Counted from the stretch's first letter, positions 52,206 to 61,833 are shown. The stretch is DNA of 64,000 bases from an uncultured Chloroflexia bacterium (GCA_963775935.1 CAVZKR010000004.1:84550-148549); one strand, 5' to 3'. Translations and numbers: made by a program. The notes: generated from the letters alone by a model not told the origin.

Positions 52206-52592
52206 ATGTATCTTCTAGATGAAAATCTTAGCCCTAAAATAGCGCAGGCGTTAAGACTATTTAGTTTGGACATTAAAACCATAGAAGAGGCGTTTGGACG
52301 TTGGGCTGTAAGTGATAAGGATATTGTAGATTGGCTTGAAAAAACTGGAGCTATTTGGCTTACAGAGGATGTATCGGCTAGAAAACAACATGAACATCTG
52401 TTAAAGACAAAGCGTATTAGTGCGATTTGGATTAGACAACCTAAACAAGGCTTGGTTTTATGGGAACAATTTAAGATTATTGTTAGGGAAATTGATCGAA
52501 TCGCTGAAATCGTTAAGCATTGTCACGGAGCAGTACATATCCAGATCGGTAAAAAGACTAAGGCTACGATAACTTGGGATGAAAAACCCTGA
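52206..52592 (+). CDS. DUF5615/VapC45-like PIN-domain toxin
   Basis: MYLLDENLS, SDKDI, WLTED; directly after the DUF433 gene. Confidence 0.8.
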   Translation: MYLLDENLSPKIAQALRLFSLDIKTIEEAFGRWAVSDKDIVDWLEKTGAIWLTEDVSARKQHEHLLKTKRISAIWIRQPKQGLVLWEQFKIIVREIDRIAEIVKHCHGAVHIQIGKKTKATITWDEKP

Positions 52593-52777
52593 TCATAACA
52601 TATTTAAGACTAAAGGGGCCGGCTTTGGCTTAACCGGTATCGCATGCTGTTTAATTCCTTCTACTTACATGTAAACCTGTAATGCTTCCTTTTAGCATTC
52701 CCTTCCAAAATACCGAGTGGTATAATTCTTCGTAAATAGAGAAAAATTCCAAAAGAGCCTTGATTTCGGGGGATAAA

Positions 52778-53494
52778 ATGGGTTTATTTGGGAAAAAGCA
52801 AAAAGTTACAACTGAAGAATTTTGTAAAAAATGGTATGACGAAGGTATTTTCAATCCTATGTTGGGTTTAAGTGAAAATTATATGCAAATTTATTGTGAA
52901 CAAGCACTTAAATCCCTAATTGAAGTAGATAAGTCTTTTTTATCTATTAATAAGGACGAGTTTACTCGTGAAATGACGGCTATCCGGATAGAATTATTTG
53001 GTCTTGCTTGGGGGCAGCTGGTTAAAAAAGATAAATTTATTATGGAACAGGCTCTTTTTACGAAGAATTATTTAATCAATAACAATAGACATGATATTTA
53101 TGATATTTTAATTGAATATAATAATGCTGTCGCAAAGTCAACTACGAGAGATAAGGATTTCAAAGAAAAAAGTGATTTACAAAATGCATTATCTAATAAA
53201 GCTAGAATGGATCGGTACTCCGAATTGGCAACAAAATTGAATCTCTCATCTGCATCAAAAACTAATGAAGATGCCAATCTTTTTGAATGTATCGGACGTA
53301 TTGGAAACCGTACCGGAGTGGAAGAAATACGGCATCTATATTCTCCCGTTGTGGCATTTTTGGGCATACAGCTTCGCATGCGACTGGGATTACCCTCGGA
53401 TATTCAAACGGATGCTCTTGGTAGGCTAAGCGCTATTATATTCGGCTTTTATAAAGGTGCGAAAGAATCCATAGAGAAAATCACTCTACAATAA
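52778..53494 (+). CDS. Hypothetical helical protein
   Basis: Long open frame, GGGGA RBS, MGLFGKK start. Confidence 0.7.
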   Translation: MGLFGKKQKVTTEEFCKKWYDEGIFNPMLGLSENYMQIYCEQALKSLIEVDKSFLSINKDEFTREMTAIRIELFGLAWGQLVKKDKFIMEQALFTKNYLINNNRHDIYDILIEYNNAVAKSTTRDKDFKEKSDLQNALSNKARMDRYSELATKLNLSSASKTNEDANLFECIGRIGNRTGVEEIRHLYSPVVAFLGIQLRMRLGLPSDIQTDALGRLSAIIFGFYKGAKESIEKITLQ

Positions 53495-53547
53495 TTTGTA
53501 TACTTTTTATCTAATCACCCATTGTATTACATTTACAGCTAAATATA

Positions 53548-53668
53548 TTGGCCTTCTTTTTGTAATATTCATCAATGATAAGGTAAGATCTCCGGATATC
53601 TTTTCGTTTTCATAACATTGGGCGTACCTATATTCTAATGCCGAGATTCTTGCATTTGGTGCACAAAT
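53548..53668. repeat. Repeat family A copy 3
   Basis: GTTTTCATAACA-TTGGGCGTAC(53618)..ATGCCGAGATTCTT-GCATTTGG(53652)TGCACAAATTGGCCTAT. Confidence 0.8.
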
Positions 53669-53852
53669 TGGCCTATGACCATAGCTCGCTCGACCGAAAG
53701 ACCACAGAAAGGCAAATTAACTCGTGGTTCGAATGAGCATTTTGAATCGACGCTCATCTAGAGTAATACAATCAGATTAACAAAGCGATCGACACTGGGA
53801 TGATATTATCAGTATGATATAATATTTCTGACAAAAGCAAGGAGATGGAGAA

Positions 53853-54008
53853 GTGAGCGATGAAACGTATCAAGAAGCTGTAGTTTGCGGGAACTGTGAT
53901 TTTAAAGGCAAAGTTACTATTCCTAAGGGGAAATTAGTGAGAGAAGCCCCTTGCCCAAAATGTGGAAATAAGACATTGCGCGTGGCACTCTCAGGCGAGG
54001 TGAGTTAA
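53853..54008 (+). CDS. Small CPxCG zinc-finger protein, 51 aa (not in ORF track)
   Basis: GGAG RBS, GTG start; MSDETYQEAVVCGNCDFKGKVTIPKGKLVREAPCPKCGNKTLRVALSGEVS*. Confidence 0.65.
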   Translation: MSDETYQEAVVCGNCDFKGKVTIPKGKLVREAPCPKCGNKTLRVALSGEVS

Positions 54009-54159
54009 TTCCAGGGCGATCGATTGCAGTTCTCATACACTTACGCCAGTAGTCAAGAATACAACATGCTTGCTGTGGATGCGTAGCTAATACGAAGGCT
54101 CTGAACTTAAGCGGAGGTGGCAATAGTAATCACTATAATGCAAGATTCTACGGTCAAAT

Positions 54160-54270
54160 TTGGGCATATCCTTGTCCCAACGCTCAGAATTTCGCATTTG
54201 GTAAACAAGGAAGCCTATTAAAAATAGCTGGCGCTAAACAAATTGGAGTCTGAAGGTGGTACAATTGTTA
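54160..54270. repeat. Repeat family A copy 4
   Basis: TTGGGCATATC(54160)..CGCTCAGAATTTC-GCATTTGG(54194)TAAACAAGGAAGCCTAT...AAACAAATTGGAGTCTGAAGGTGGTACAATT. Confidence 0.8.
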
Positions 54271-54332
54271 GGGGCAGGTCACAGATGCTTCCCTTCGCTC
54301 AATTTCCGCTAGGCAGTGACTTCCCTAGGTAA

Positions 54333-54725
54333 CTAGCTACCTTTTGCCGCACGCCAGGGATATAGAGCCATTAAAGCCACGAAGAAGACGGCATCAATGA
54401 TAATCCCCGTCCCCACCTGTTCAAAGGTAACGAAACCCCGCATCATTGAGTACACCTCGACGGCTAGAGCAAGAATAGCCCCCACTATGGCAAACTGTAC
54501 CCACATAATGTGCTTCAGCGGGTCCCGTACTGCTGCGACTATGACAAAGGCACCACCCGCAATGTAGCAGACGCCAAGCAGCGCGTGAAGGTATGGCGAC
54601 CATTCAGGCCCCTTTGCAAAACCCATCATCGCACCTAATTGCTCAGGAGCAAAAACCAACGCCAGACCAAGTAAAATCCATATCGCCGCCCCAATAATCA
54701 TCACTACCTTTAGAGCTCGTATCAT
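54333..54725 (-). CDS. Four-TM membrane protein
   Basis: 130 aa, four hydrophobic helices, GGAGA RBS. Confidence 0.75.
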   Translation of the reverse strand: MIRALKVVMIIGAAIWILLGLALVFAPEQLGAMMGFAKGPEWSPYLHALLGVCYIAGGAFVIVAAVRDPLKHIMWVQFAIVGAILALAVEVYSMMRGFVTFEQVGTGIIIDAVFFVALMALYPWRAAKGS

Positions 54726-54776
54726 TACTCATCTCCTGTAATAAGATTGACTAGAAAAAACTAAGCTAGTTGCTGA

Positions 54777-55121
54777 TTAGCTATACTGAGGTAGCTTAAA
54801 AGCCTTGGTCGCTATCGTCTCAATTAAGAAACCCCAGATGATCACAATGATAAAAGCCACCCAAGGGTCTAGACCAGTTCCGATGAGGCCTATCGCTGTG
54901 AACAGACCGAACAAAGCACCCCAGAACGCCCCATGAGCTGCCCAGTTCATTCTTATAGAACTCGCTCCAATTGCCACACCCATAACCGTGTGATTGAGCA
55001 AAAGGGAGATACCCATAGGCCAAAAATCAATCTGGGCAGTATACTTCGACAATAGCATGCATATGATGCCAAAGACTGCCCCAAAGATTGTGGTAATAGC
55101 CAGCCGAGATAATTTATTCAC
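54777..55121 (-). CDS. Four-TM membrane protein
   Basis: 114 aa, AGGAGG RBS, GTG start. Confidence 0.75.
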   Translation of the reverse strand: MNKLSRLAITTIFGAVFGIICMLLSKYTAQIDFWPMGISLLLNHTVMGVAIGASSIRMNWAAHGAFWGALFGLFTAIGLIGTGLDPWVAFIIVIIWGFLIETIATKAFKLPQYS

Positions 55122-55334
55122 CTTGATACTCCTCCTTCTCTAAACAAAATACTTTATAATCAAAAAGGGCACTGGCAACCGCAACTAAATTGCGAATCCA
55201 GTGCCCTTACCAAATTCCCAACTTCCTTCAAATAAACCTATTTGTTTATGTGATTATTATGTTGATCTGTATAGTCCTACTATATAGTTGCCTGGAGGTT
55301 TGTCAATACGATAAAGCTACTGACACGAGCCAAG

Positions 55335-55424
55335 TTATACCTTTATATTATCCACCCGCCCAAACCTTTTATAACTTTCTACTGCATCCAAACATCCCAC
55401 AGCATGACAATATCGATTAGTCGT
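55335..55424 (-). pseudogene. Tyrosine recombinase 3'-end fragment (type I) #1
   Basis: TTNRYCHAVGCLDAVESYKRFGRVDNIKV*. Confidence 0.8.
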
Positions 55425-55465
55425 GCTTATAATAGTTCAGACAATTCTAAATAAGGGGGTAAATT

Positions 55466-56119
55466 ATGCCTAATTCAGAACAGCGCATGATAAAAACCGC
55501 ATTATCTCCAAATAGACTCGAGGCTCTAACCGATGGGGTCTTCGCTATCGCAATGACACTATTGGTATTGGGGCTCGGTGAACCCATGCTAAAAGGAAGC
55601 TCAATGCACCAGGAATTTACGCAGTTACTTGATATGTGGCCAAAATTCACAAGCTACGTCGTTACGTTCTTAATGCTAGGCTATATGTGGTCCATGCATC
55701 ATTGGCAGTTCAGTTTCATTAAACGTTCAGATAGCGTGTTGATCTGGATAAACATTCTCTTTCTGATGTTTACATCGCTACTACCCTTTTCAACGTTTCT
55801 TCTAGGTGAGTATATAGGACAGCAGTTGCCGGTCCTAGTATATGGGGGCAATTATATGGCGTGTATGCTTATGTGCTTTATGAAGTGGTCATATGCCACG
55901 GGAAAATATCGACTAGTAGATACAAATATTGACTGGCATGAAGTAAGAATACGTAATATGGCAGTAATGATTGGTATAGCCCTTTTCGCGATTGCTATGG
56001 GCATATCATACCTAAATCCTATTGTGTCAATTGGTCTTTTTGCCGCGACTATTATTTCCGCTATGATATTCTCAACGCTTCGATTTCGTATACGCGTTGC
56101 TGAACAAGTAGCAAAATAG
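55466..56119 (+). CDS. TMEM175-family potassium channel
   Basis: RLEALTDGVFAIAMTLLVL, W..HH..F, SLLPFST. Confidence 0.9.
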   Translation: MPNSEQRMIKTALSPNRLEALTDGVFAIAMTLLVLGLGEPMLKGSSMHQEFTQLLDMWPKFTSYVVTFLMLGYMWSMHHWQFSFIKRSDSVLIWINILFLMFTSLLPFSTFLLGEYIGQQLPVLVYGGNYMACMLMCFMKWSYATGKYRLVDTNIDWHEVRIRNMAVMIGIALFAIAMGISYLNPIVSIGLFAATIISAMIFSTLRFRIRVAEQVAK

Positions 56120-56188
56120 GTGAAAATATCAAGTACGTTAATTCACTCTGGTAACTGACCTGCTCCTATACCTAGTCCCGGTATAATT

Positions 56189-56287
56189 TCATACTTTTAT
56201 ATTATCAATCGGCGAATACCTCTTATGTGCCTCCACTGCATACAAGCATCCTACAGCCCGACAATATCTATTAGTCATCATCAATGT
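56189..56287 (-). pseudogene. Tyrosine recombinase 3'-end fragment (type I) #2
   Basis: TLMMTNRYCRAVGCLYAVEAHKRYSPIDNIKV*. Confidence 0.85.
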
Positions 56288-56321
56288 AAGGTAAAATTAA
56301 GTAAAGTGAGGTTTGATTGCA

Positions 56322-56350
56322 TTGACAATTTGTATTTTTAGGTATAGATT
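56322..56350 (+). promoter_or_regulatory. sigma70-type promoter (homologous to 57773-57801)
   Basis: TTGACA-N17-TAGATT, preceded by tgaggtttg as in the 57.77-kb copy. Confidence 0.65.
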
Positions 56351-56375
56351 ATGCATGTCGAAAGTGAATATTCAC

Positions 56376-56467
56376 AGGGGACGTTGAAGTACTACTTTAA
56401 TTTGGTCACTTGAGTGGTAGGGAGTCAATAGTGAAACCGGCCTGAAAAGGTCGGTTTTTATATTTTT
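56376..56467 (+). ncRNA. c-di-GMP-II riboswitch with overlapping intrinsic terminator
   Basis: GGGACGTTGAAGTACTACTTTAATTTGGTCACTTGAGTGGTAGGGAGTCAATAGTGAAACCGGCC matches the class II layout (TTGG.CACT / AGTG.AACCGG pseudoknot); AAACCGGCCT-GAAA-AGGTCGGTTT followed by T-rich run. Confidence 0.8.
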
Positions 56468-56545
56468 AAAGGGGAGGTGGTTCTATGACCTAGCAAGGCG
56501 GATGACAAATCGGTACGTTAATTTCTTAAGGGGAGGTTTTTAAAG

Positions 56546-57517
56546 ATGAAAACAAAGATTTTGCACTCTGTGACATGCACACTTGCCGCAGCTATATTAG
56601 TATTGACTTTTTTGCTGTTTCCTGTAGGACCTATGCCAATAGCCAATGCACAAAGTATTCCTATTCATTTGAATGCTGACTGCACATTGGATTCCGATAT
56701 GACGTTTAGTGGCACGGGGTTCTTTATTGAGGCAGACAATATTACCCTAAACCTAAATGGTCACACGATAACCGGAAGCTACTCTGGTCCTCTGCCGTAT
56801 TACGGTGTTCTTGTTAGTGGCCATTCTGGAGTGACCATTAAGAATGGCACGATTCAAGGTTTTGTCTACGGAGTTGCACTTGTTAATTCCAATGGGAATG
56901 TTATTAAAAATATTGTCTCAAATGATAACTACCACGATGGGTGTCTTTTCAACAATTCCAACAATAACGCAGTCAACGACTGTACGTGTGTCAACAATGG
57001 TTCTGTCGGGATAATAATGTGCAACGGCTCAGATGGCAATATTGTAAACGGTTGCACGGCCAACAATAATGGTACAGGAGTCAGTATAATAGATGGGGAA
57101 ACCCCAGGCATTGGCAGCAATAGCAATACGATAAAGAATACCGTCTGCAATAAGAACAGCCTTGGTGGCATATTCATTCAAAATTCTGATGACAACATCA
57201 TAATGGACAACACAACAATCAAGAACGGTGCCTCCGGTATCTCTGTTGTTGCAGGGTCGGATTCCAATGAAATCAGGGGTAATCACTCTTCGAATAATGG
57301 AACGATTGGAATCGTCGTTGGTTGGATTCCCACAGCTCCTGAAAATCGACAAGTCACATCGGTGGACAATTCAATAGTTGGCAATAAGCTGTCTAATAAT
57401 ACTTTGTGGGATATACGGGATAACACCCCTTTAGGCGGCCCTGGCACAGCGGGAACTTGGAATTCCTATGAGGATAATAAAGGCCGAACAAGTAACCCAG
57501 AAGGTTTAGTCGAGTAG
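56546..57517 (+). CDS. Secreted right-handed parallel beta-helix (NosD/pectin-lyase-like) protein
   Basis: Signal peptide, ITLNLNGHTITG, repeated Asn-rich G(I/V).l..S..N.I..N....N units. Confidence 0.85.
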   Translation: MKTKILHSVTCTLAAAILVLTFLLFPVGPMPIANAQSIPIHLNADCTLDSDMTFSGTGFFIEADNITLNLNGHTITGSYSGPLPYYGVLVSGHSGVTIKNGTIQGFVYGVALVNSNGNVIKNIVSNDNYHDGCLFNNSNNNAVNDCTCVNNGSVGIIMCNGSDGNIVNGCTANNNGTGVSIIDGETPGIGSNSNTIKNTVCNKNSLGGIFIQNSDDNIIMDNTTIKNGASGISVVAGSDSNEIRGNHSSNNGTIGIVVGWIPTAPENRQVTSVDNSIVGNKLSNNTLWDIRDNTPLGGPGTAGTWNSYEDNKGRTSNPEGLVE

Positions 57518-57644
57518 AGCGCAGAACCTATTTGTTTGTCACGGAAGTTACATACGCAGTAGCCAAAGAAGTGCGCTGAGGAGAACAATAGGCTTGTGGT
57601 TGATTGGGGTGGCAATCTGCCTCCGAAAATCATTCCACGAGGGG

Positions 57645-57740
57645 TTACACCCTTATATTATCCACTGGCCCAAACCTTTTATGGCTCTCTATTGCATTCT
57701 CACATCCTACTGCTTGGCAATACCTGTTAGTCATCATTAA
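57645..57740 (-). pseudogene. Tyrosine recombinase 3'-end fragment (type I) #3
   Basis: LMMTNRYCQAVGCENAIESHKRFGPVDNIRV*. Confidence 0.85.
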
Positions 57741-57885
57741 TTAATAGTGAGGTAAATTGAGGTTTGGTGGTATTGACATGAGGTGATTCAAGGTGTAGAT
57801 TACTTTAACAAGATTGGTTTTTCTTTAATACTATCGAGGGACAAGTAGAGAATTTAACTAAGAAAAGAGAAGTAGGAGGACTGCA

Positions 57886-58779
57886 ATGCGTAAATATATT
57901 GTCTTGGCGGCAATAACCATTTTATTATTACTGGTAGCTAACCCCGTCTTAGCCGCTCCCTCTAAAAACAGCCACAAGCCAGTTAGTGCCACTAATATCG
58001 AGATCGTTAAGAAGGTTACCCTCAAGGGCCCTGCAGCTAAGGGCGGGAAGCCATCTGCCTTCGCTGCCACCGGAATACTGGGAGATCCACTTCCGGCTAG
58101 GGGAAATAGATACGCCATAGTCATCGGTATAAATAACTACCCAGGCAGCAGCAACGACTTACAGTATGCTGTAAACGATGCTAACGAGATGGCATCTGTT
58201 TTAACAAACCTCTACTGTTTCGATACAGTCGATACCCTTACCGATTCTGCAGCTACTTATGAAAAGATACAAGGTAAAATTGAGACTCTGGAAACTATGG
58301 CCGGTACTAGTGATGAGGTGGTATTTTTCTTCAGCGGTCATGGGGCAAAGGGTAAGGCCAATGACGGCGATAGGAATAATACTGACCAGTCTATTGTAGT
58401 TAATAAGGCGGATGGTTCCTGGGGATATATATGGGATGGAGAATTGAAATCCTGGTTTAGCGGATTTACTGTAAACCGTATTGTGTTCATTTTCGACAGC
58501 TGTCTCTCCGGCGGGATGGCAGTACTGAATGCTCCAGGTAGAGTGGTCAATATGGCCTGTAGTATTAACGGTCTATCTTATGAAGGGGATGGTTGGGGTG
58601 GTGGTCATGGTCAGTTCACCTATTATTTCGCCGAGGAGGGGATGCAAGATAACAGTGCTGATGTACGGCCTCAGGATAGTAAAGTGACCGTCGAAGAGGC
58701 ATTTGATTACGCGAAGGTTAACTGCCGGTTCCAGACGCCCACCATAGCCGATGGGTTTACAAAAGATATGTTACCATAA
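57886..58779 (+). CDS. Secreted caspase-like (peptidase C14) protein
   Basis: Signal peptide, YAIVIGINNY, L.YAVNDA, FFFSGHG, FDSCLSGG (His-Cys dyad). Confidence 0.88.
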   Translation: MRKYIVLAAITILLLLVANPVLAAPSKNSHKPVSATNIEIVKKVTLKGPAAKGGKPSAFAATGILGDPLPARGNRYAIVIGINNYPGSSNDLQYAVNDANEMASVLTNLYCFDTVDTLTDSAATYEKIQGKIETLETMAGTSDEVVFFFSGHGAKGKANDGDRNNTDQSIVVNKADGSWGYIWDGELKSWFSGFTVNRIVFIFDSCLSGGMAVLNAPGRVVNMACSINGLSYEGDGWGGGHGQFTYYFAEEGMQDNSADVRPQDSKVTVEEAFDYAKVNCRFQTPTIADGFTKDMLP

Positions 58780-58835
58780 CAATGAGCACACGCACGGAGC
58801 TTTAAACTGCCACCACAAATAGTTTAGGGACAACT

Positions 58836-58954
58836 TCATACCTTGATATTGTCTATCGGTGAATATCTCTTATGAGCTTCAACCACATCCAAGCACCCTA
58901 TTGCCTGACAATCCCTATTAGTCATCATTAACGTTGTATGTCCTAGTAGCCTCA
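58836..58954 (-). pseudogene. Tyrosine recombinase 3'-end fragment (type I) #4, catalytic Tyr changed to Asp
   Basis: RLLGHTTLMMTNRDCQAIGCLDVVEAHKRYSPIDNIKV*. Confidence 0.85.
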
Positions 58955-59105
58955 GTCATTCCCAAGACGTATATGAATCGGTGGTTATATTATTTTATCT
59001 AATGGGGAACTGCTACTTTCCAAGTGATGTTGTATAATACAAACATAGTCGTGAAATGAAGTATTGGGTATCTTTGCAGAACTTGCAGGGATAAAGGAGG
59101 CTTAT

Positions 59106-59327
59106 ATGAAGACCGGTGAACTATTCGGTAAGGAAGTCTTAGATATTAGTGCCAACAAGATAGGCAAAGTTGTTGACCTTGATTTTGATATGCAGAAGGG
59201 ATTAATTGACCATATCGTAGTAAAGGCAGGGTTAACTAAGAGATATGCCGTCAGCCTGGACAAAATAGACAAAATCGGCGATAGAATCGTTCTAAAAATT
59301 GCACAAAGCGAGCTTCAGAAGAAATAA
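59106..59327 (+). CDS. PRC-barrel domain protein
   Basis: ELFGKEVLD..ANKIGKVVDLDFD, IDKIGDRIVL; AAGGAGG RBS. Confidence 0.88.
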   Translation: MKTGELFGKEVLDISANKIGKVVDLDFDMQKGLIDHIVVKAGLTKRYAVSLDKIDKIGDRIVLKIAQSELQKK

Positions 59328-59398
59328 CCTTCGCTCACCGATGGCCTGCCCCCCAATAAGTGTATCACTTCCAAGTTAGATTTGGCGCTACAATAGAT

Positions 59399-59542
59399 TT
59401 AAAGTCTGATGCAATCCATCGGTGAGTATAACTTGTGTGCCTCCACTGCATCCAGGCATCCTACTGCCTGACAATACCTGTTAGTCATCATCAATGTCGT
59501 ATGTCCCAATAGCCTCTGTAACATCAAGCTATCCCCACCAAG
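59399..59542 (-). pseudogene. Tyrosine recombinase 3'-end fragment (type I) #5 (longest)
   Basis: LGGDSLMLQRLLGHTTLMMTNRYCQAVGCLDAVEAHKLYSPMDCIRL*: box II LGH...T..Y of the Int/Xer family. Confidence 0.9.
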
Positions 59543-59599
59543 GGATAATTGGGAATTACTAATATTTCATTTACATTTTAGTAGTATAATTATAAATAT

Positions 59600-60472
59600 A
59601 TGCAGCATATGAATTCCTGCCCCAGTTGCGGTGCCAAAGTTGAGTATGGCGACAAGTTTTGTGGATATTGTGGAAAACCGCTACAGTTGGAAGCGCCAGC
59701 ACCATCTCCTCAACATGGCTATCAATACCCCAATCAACAACCACTAGGCGATCAGCCTTTGGATAAACAACTGGGGGGGCAGCAACAAGCACATGTAAGT
59801 CAACAACGACCACTATATTATCAGCAGTCTGAATCGAATCAACCCACTCTAAATAATCAACCAGCGGCATGGGGAAATCGCAATCGTGTGCAACAGCGGA
59901 TCAGGACTGAGGATCAGAGAACTAAGCCACTAAAGAAAAGGCCTTCTCGTGTCTTTTTATGGCTAGTGATTTTAATAGTGGTAATATTCATTATTGGCGG
60001 AATTGCTTTAGTGATAACAGGAAGTTTTTCCTCAACTACTAGCAAACCTGCCAGCGACACACCAGCACCAACAGCCCCTACGCAATCAGCAGCGACGCCA
60101 CCATCCAGCACTCCTGCATCACCACAACCACCCCCATCTCAAGCGCCGGTATTGCCAACATCACAGGCTACTCCAATTACTGCCACAGAGCTAATTAAAG
60201 CCTTTGCAGATGATCCTAATGGCTCACGCGCCAAATATAACGGTAATGTATATGTAATTTCAGGCACGGTATCCAGAGTTGGGGAGGTAGCACTACCAAT
60301 TCTTTATCTCTATGATAAAGCAGTAGGTCCCTTGGAAATAGAATGTATTTTCTTACAGGGTCAAGAATCGGATATTGCATTGGTGAACCCCGAACAGTCA
60401 GTAAAAGTGGAAGGTAGAGTATTAAATTTCACCAGTATCATTGTTGTTGATAACTGTAGACTAGTACAGTAA
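59600..60472 (+). CDS. Zinc-ribbon, single-TM, C-terminal OB-fold (tRNA_anti-like) protein
   Basis: CPSCG..FCGYCG, Gln/Pro-rich linker, TM, ITATELIKAF..D..G...KY.G...ISGTV. Confidence 0.8.
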   Translation: MQHMNSCPSCGAKVEYGDKFCGYCGKPLQLEAPAPSPQHGYQYPNQQPLGDQPLDKQLGGQQQAHVSQQRPLYYQQSESNQPTLNNQPAAWGNRNRVQQRIRTEDQRTKPLKKRPSRVFLWLVILIVVIFIIGGIALVITGSFSSTTSKPASDTPAPTAPTQSAATPPSSTPASPQPPPSQAPVLPTSQATPITATELIKAFADDPNGSRAKYNGNVYVISGTVSRVGEVALPILYLYDKAVGPLEIECIFLQGQESDIALVNPEQSVKVEGRVLNFTSIIVVDNCRLVQ

Positions 60473-60580
60473 AACCTCCGATACGGCAGAATAAAACTGA
60501 AACAGAGTAATTTAGTAATTAACTCGGCAAACTAGCCTTATCATTTTCGTCCTTCATACTACAGTAAAATTTCACCACCT

Positions 60581-60705
60581 TTTTCCGTTTTCATAACATT
60601 GGGCGTCCCGATAATCACCTGGCCTGATTCTCGCGTTTGGTGAACGAATAAGCTAGTATTAAGCCAGCACTTCAGCAATTTAGAATCGAAAGGTTGTAAA
60701 ATAAT
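60581..60705. repeat. Repeat family A copy 5
   Basis: CCGTTTTCATAACA-TTGGGCGTCC(60599)..GATTCTC-GCGTTTGG(60633)TGAACGAATAAGCTA...GGTTGTAAAAT. Confidence 0.8.
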
Positions 60706-60786
60706 TGATAGCAAGTTATATTTTTACGGTTACGTATGAATTTAAGAATTGGTCGACTTGGAGAATGATCAAGCGAGAGGGTAATC

Positions 60787-61743
60787 ATGTATAAAAAATG
60801 TTTCGTTATTATGCCTATATCAGATACGAAATCAGCTAGAGCCCAAGACTGGTCTTGGATTTATAACAGCATGATTAAGCCAGCGGTTACAGGTAGCAGG
60901 CTGGGTTTTAGCTGCGAACGCGCTAAACCAAGGACTGGCAGTTTCATTAGGGATATTTTGAACCAATTAAATACCTCAGATGTAGTTATAGCTGAACTAA
61001 CTGATCAGAATGCCAATGTTTTTTATGAATTGGGAGTTCGACATACACTGAGAAGAAGGACAATCCTTATTGCACAACATATGAAATACGTCCCTTCGGA
61101 CTTGCAGTCATATTGGGTTGTCCTCTATAAATATAAAAAAACACGAGATTCCATTTATGATTTTAGGAGGAAAATAAGAGAGGTGCTACGTGGGATAATT
61201 TCAAATCCCGATAAACCTGATAGCCCTGTGGCAGATTTTTTAACTGATAGGAATGTAGCACTACTATCAATAGAGAAGTCGGCTAGTATCAAGAAATTGA
61301 CGGCGTTGGTTTCCGAGTTATCCTATAACATCAGTTCTGTTGATAAGATCCTCGAACTAGCGAAGCAAAATAGAGAAAAGAGGGAGAAGAAAGAGGCTGC
61401 TTCGGTATCAGTATTACGTTTTAACGATTCCTGTCTCAACTTACTCCTTTCCACATACTATATTGCTCCTTCCGAAGATGTGCAGAACTTACTCAGGGAT
61501 GTAGCTCATGAATACACGAAAGAGAATTGTAGGCTAGAACTTTGGTCTCAACCTGCTTTTGCGAAAGGAGTTGAAAGCAGCGCAGTATCCACACTACCAC
61601 AGCTCAAGATTAAATTGATCGAGTTGCTTAAGATGATAGGTAAAGTAAGAGCTGACTACATAAGTGACAATTATCCAGAACAACCGTTACCAGCTCCTAT
61701 ATTAAGCGATGAAAGTCATGAAAAGTATATATTAGCAACTTAA
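60787..61743 (+). CDS. Nucleoside 2-deoxyribosyltransferase/TIR-like N-terminal domain protein with helical C-terminus
   Basis: KKCFVIMP, IKPAV, SDVVIAELTDQNANVFYELGVRH, VPSDL, SPVADF. Confidence 0.75.
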   Translation: MYKKCFVIMPISDTKSARAQDWSWIYNSMIKPAVTGSRLGFSCERAKPRTGSFIRDILNQLNTSDVVIAELTDQNANVFYELGVRHTLRRRTILIAQHMKYVPSDLQSYWVVLYKYKKTRDSIYDFRRKIREVLRGIISNPDKPDSPVADFLTDRNVALLSIEKSASIKKLTALVSELSYNISSVDKILELAKQNREKREKKEAASVSVLRFNDSCLNLLLSTYYIAPSEDVQNLLRDVAHEYTKENCRLELWSQPAFAKGVESSAVSTLPQLKIKLIELLKMIGKVRADYISDNYPEQPLPAPILSDESHEKYILAT

Positions 61744-61766
61744 ACAATATCTGCAACCTAATTGAT

Positions 61767-61833
61767 TTAATAATTATCTACTGGCCTATATCTCTTATGA
61801 CTTTCCACTGCATCCTCACACCCTACTGCCTGG
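61767..61833 (-). pseudogene. Tyrosine recombinase 3'-end fragment (type I) #6
   Basis: QAVGCEDAVESHKRYRPVDNY*. Confidence 0.8.
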
